DNA of 64,000 bases from Mobula hypostoma (taxonomy: Eukaryota). The DNA is taken from NCBI RefSeq assembly GCF_963921235.1, contig NC_086108.1, positions 57,104,001 to 57,168,000 on the forward strand, in the 5' to 3' direction. The position numbers and the translations under genes were made by a program. Below are positions 61,013 to 64,000 of the stretch, piece after piece. The first letter of the stretch is position 1. The number at the start of each line of letters is the position of its first letter. The notes beneath the pieces are model-generated. The model saw nothing but the letters and a program-made list of their open reading frames with translations, ran no database searches and was not told the origin of the DNA.

Positions 61013-63823
61013 ATGAAGTCCTCCAGTTTGGCCACGGAGCTCAATGCTAGGAGTATTGCGGGGAAGGCGGATGAGTTGAGGGCGTGGATTGACACGTGGA
61101 ATTATGATGTTGTAGCAATTAGTGAAACTTGGCTACAGGAGGGGCAGGACTGGCAGCTTAATATTCCAGGGTTCCGATGTGATCGTGGCAGAGGAATGAA
61201 AGGTGGGGGAGTAGCATTGCTTGTTAGGGAAAATATTACAGCAGTGCTCAGGCAGGACAGATTAGAGGGCTTGTCTACTGAGTCCTTATGGGTGGAGCTG
61301 AGAAACAGGAAAGGTATGGCCACATTACTGGGATTGTATTACAGACCACCCAATAGTCAACGAGACTTGGAAGAGCAAATCTGCAGAGAGATATCAGGCA
61401 ACTGCAGGAAACATAAAGTTGTGGTGGTAGGGGATTTTAATTTTCCATACATTGTTTGGGACTCCCATACTGTTAGGGGTCTAGATGGTTTAGAGTTTGT
61501 AAAATGTGTTCAGGAAAGTTTTCTAAATCAATATATAGAGGGACCAACTAGAGGGGATGCAATATTGGATCTCCTGTTAGGAAACGAATTAGGGCAAGTG
61601 ACAGAAGTCTGTGTAGGGGAGCACTTTGGTTCCAGTGATCATAACACCATTAGTTTCAATTTGATCAGGGACAAGGATAGATCTGGTCCTAGGGTTCAGG
61701 TTCTGAACTGGAAGAAGGCCAAATTTGAAGAAATGAGAAAGGATCTAAAAAGCGTGGATTGGGACAGGTTGTTTTCTGGCAAAGATGTGATTGGTTGGTG
61801 GGAAGCCTTCAAAGGGGAAATTTTGAGAGTGCAGAGTTTGTATGTTCCTGTCAGGATTAAAGGCAAATTGAATAGGAATAAGGAACCTTGGTTCTCACGG
61901 GATATTGCAACTCTGATAAAGAAGAAGAGAGAGTTGTATGAAATGTATAGGAAACAGGGGGTAAATCAGGTGCTTGAGGAGTATAAGAAGTGCAAGAAAA
62001 TACTTAAGAAAGAAATCAGAAGGGCTAAAAGAAGACATGAGGTTGCCTTGGCAGTCAAAGTGAAGGATAATCCAAAGAGCTTTTACAAGTATATTAAGAG
62101 CAAAAGGATTGTAAGGGATAAAATTGGTCCTCTTGAAGATCAGAGTGGTCGGCTTTGTGTGGAACCAAAGGAAATGGGGGAGATCTTAAATAGGTTTTTT
62201 GCGTCTGTATTTACTAAGGAAGCTGGCATGAAATCTATGGAATTGAGGGAATCAAGTAGTGAGACCATGGAAACTGTACAGATTGAAAAGGAGGAGGTGC
62301 TTGCTGTCTTGAGGAAAATTAAAGTGGATAAATCCCCGGGACCTGACAGAGTGTTCCCTCGGACCTTGAAGGAGACTAGTGTTGAAACTGCGGGGGCCCT
62401 GGCAGAAATATTTAAAATGTCGCTGTCTACGGGTGAAGTGCCGGAGGATTGGAGAGTGGCTCATGTTGTTCCGTTGTTTAAAAAAGGATCGAAAAGTAAT
62501 CTGGGAAATTATAGGCCGGTGAGTTTAACGTCAGTAGTAGGTAAGTTATTGGAGGGAGTACTAAGAGACAGAATCTACAAGCATTTGGATAGACAGGGGC
62601 TTATTAGGGAGAGTCAACATGGCTTTGTGCATGGTAGGTCATGTTTGACCAATCTGTTGGAGTTTTTCGAGGAGGTTACCAGGAAAGTGGATGAAGGGAA
62701 GGCAGTGGATATTGTCTACATGGACTTCAGTAAGGCCTTTGACAAGGTCCCGCATGGGAGGTTAGTTAGGAAAATTCAGTCGCTAGGTATACATGGAGAG
62801 GTGGTAAATTGGATTAGACATTGGCTCGATGGAAGAAGCCAGAGAGTGGTGGTAGAGAATTGCTTCTCTGAGTGGAGGCCTGTGACTAGTGGTGTGCCAC
62901 AGGGATCAGTGGTGGGTCCATTGTTACTTGTCATCTATATCAATGATCTGGATGATAATGTGGTAAATTGGATCAGCAAGTTTGCTGATGATACAAAGAT
63001 TGGAGGTGTAGTAGACAGTGAGGAAAGTTTTCAGAGCCTGCAGAGGGACTTGGACCAGCTGGAAAAATGGGCTGAAAAATGGCAGATGGAGTTTAATACT
63101 GATAAGTGTGAGGTATTGCACGTTGGAAGGACAAACCAACGTAGAACATACAGGGTTAATGATAAGGCACTGAGGAGTGCAGTGGAACAGAGGGATCTGG
63201 GAATACAGATACAAAATTCCCTAAAAGTGTCGTCACAAGTAGATAGGGTCGTAAAGAGAGCTTTTGGTACATTGGCCTTTATTAATCGAAGTATTGAGTA
63301 TAAGAGCTGGAATGTTATGATGAGGTTGTATAAGGCATTGGTGAGGCCAAATCTGGAGTATTGTGTTCAGTTTTGGTCACCAAATTACAGGAAGGATATA
63401 AATAAGGTTGAAAGAGTGCAGAGAAGGTTTACAAGGATGTTGCCGGGACTTGAGAAACTCAGTTACAGAGAAAGGTTGAATAGGTTAGGACTTTATTCCC
63501 TGGAGCATAGAAAAATGAGGGGAGATTTGATAGCGGTATATAAAATTATGGTGGGTATAGATAGAGTGAATGCAAGCAGGCTTTTTCCACTGAGGCAAGG
63601 GGAGAAAAAAACCAGAGGACATGGGTTAAGGGTGAGGGGGGAAAAGTTTAAAGGGAACATTAGGGTGGGCTTCTTCACACAGAGAGTGGTGGGAGTATGG
63701 AATGAGCTGCCAGACGAGGTGGTAAATGCGGGTTCTTTTTTAACATTTAAGAATAAATTGGACAGATATATGGATGGGAGTTGTATGGAGGGATATGGTC
63801 CATGTGCAGGTCAGTGGGACTAG
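61013..63823 (+). CDS. CR1 ORF2: APE endonuclease plus reverse transcriptase, 936 aa, uninterrupted
   Basis: NARS, ISETW, YYRPP, GDFN, LDL and SDH (EN). KSPGPD, YMDFSKAFDKV, GVPQGS and KFADD (RT). Confidence 0.9.
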   Translation: MKSSSLATELNARSIAGKADELRAWIDTWNYDVVAISETWLQEGQDWQLNIPGFRCDRGRGMKGGGVALLVRENITAVLRQDRLEGLSTESLWVELRNRKGMATLLGLYYRPPNSQRDLEEQICREISGNCRKHKVVVVGDFNFPYIVWDSHTVRGLDGLEFVKCVQESFLNQYIEGPTRGDAILDLLLGNELGQVTEVCVGEHFGSSDHNTISFNLIRDKDRSGPRVQVLNWKKAKFEEMRKDLKSVDWDRLFSGKDVIGWWEAFKGEILRVQSLYVPVRIKGKLNRNKEPWFSRDIATLIKKKRELYEMYRKQGVNQVLEEYKKCKKILKKEIRRAKRRHEVALAVKVKDNPKSFYKYIKSKRIVRDKIGPLEDQSGRLCVEPKEMGEILNRFFASVFTKEAGMKSMELRESSSETMETVQIEKEEVLAVLRKIKVDKSPGPDRVFPRTLKETSVETAGALAEIFKMSLSTGEVPEDWRVAHVVPLFKKGSKSNLGNYRPVSLTSVVGKLLEGVLRDRIYKHLDRQGLIRESQHGFVHGRSCLTNLLEFFEEVTRKVDEGKAVDIVYMDFSKAFDKVPHGRLVRKIQSLGIHGEVVNWIRHWLDGRSQRVVVENCFSEWRPVTSGVPQGSVVGPLLLVIYINDLDDNVVNWISKFADDTKIGGVVDSEESFQSLQRDLDQLEKWAEKWQMEFNTDKCEVLHVGRTNQRRTYRVNDKALRSAVEQRDLGIQIQNSLKVSSQVDRVVKRAFGTLAFINRSIEYKSWNVMMRLYKALVRPNLEYCVQFWSPNYRKDINKVERVQRRFTRMLPGLEKLSYRERLNRLGLYSLEHRKMRGDLIAVYKIMVGIDRVNASRLFPLRQGEKKTRGHGLRVRGEKFKGNIRVGFFTQRVVGVWNELPDEVVNAGSFLTFKNKLDRYMDGSCMEGYGPCAGQWD

Positions 63824-63904
63824 GCAGAAAATGGTTCGGCACAGCCAAGAAGGGCCAAAGGGCCTGTTTCTGTGCTGTAGTTTCTATGGTTCTATGGTTC
63901 TATG
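61040..63904 (+). mobile_element. Young CR1 LINE lacking ORF1 and 5' UTR, with near-complete ORF2
   Basis: CR1 similarity starts at NARS. 3' stem-loop and (TTCTATGG)n tail at about 63882-63904. Confidence 0.96.
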
Positions 63905-64000
63905 AATACGTCCAATATGAAAGTGAGACCAAGAGTAGGCTGCGTCAGTCAAATCTGCCCATCCATTCAATATGATGGTAGCTGATCCTTGGCCCTCAAT

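Overview
Vertebrate nuclear DNA, most likely from a cartilaginous fish (ray or shark). This is inferred from the HE1-type V-SINEs and the dense CR1, Rex1 and Penelope repeats. Only one host coding sequence is supported: a single-exon DIRAS-family small GTPase CDS (56140-56736, - strand), with a probable non-coding first exon and a CRE-containing CpG promoter near 59.1-59.5 kb. A second CpG-rich promoter-like region at about 8.9-9.55 kb has splice donors pointing in both directions. The rest is mostly transposable elements, often nested: CR1 LINEs (one with an uninterrupted 936-aa EN+RT ORF), Rex1-like, L1, RTE and Hero LINE remnants, two Tc1 elements, SINEs, and a 17x42-bp minisatellite grown inside a LINE. 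The most notable signal is a family of Penelope-like elements whose 3' repeat carries a minimal hammerhead ribozyme motif (cagtc-CTGAYGA-agggtctcggccy-GAAA-cg-TC-gactg), present in about 10 copies. These include a young 92-bp-arm palindrome with a ribozyme core on each strand, and several very short TSD-flanked insertions that start at or near the ribozyme. Family assignments come from recognising motifs by eye, not from database searches, and most element boundaries are approximate.
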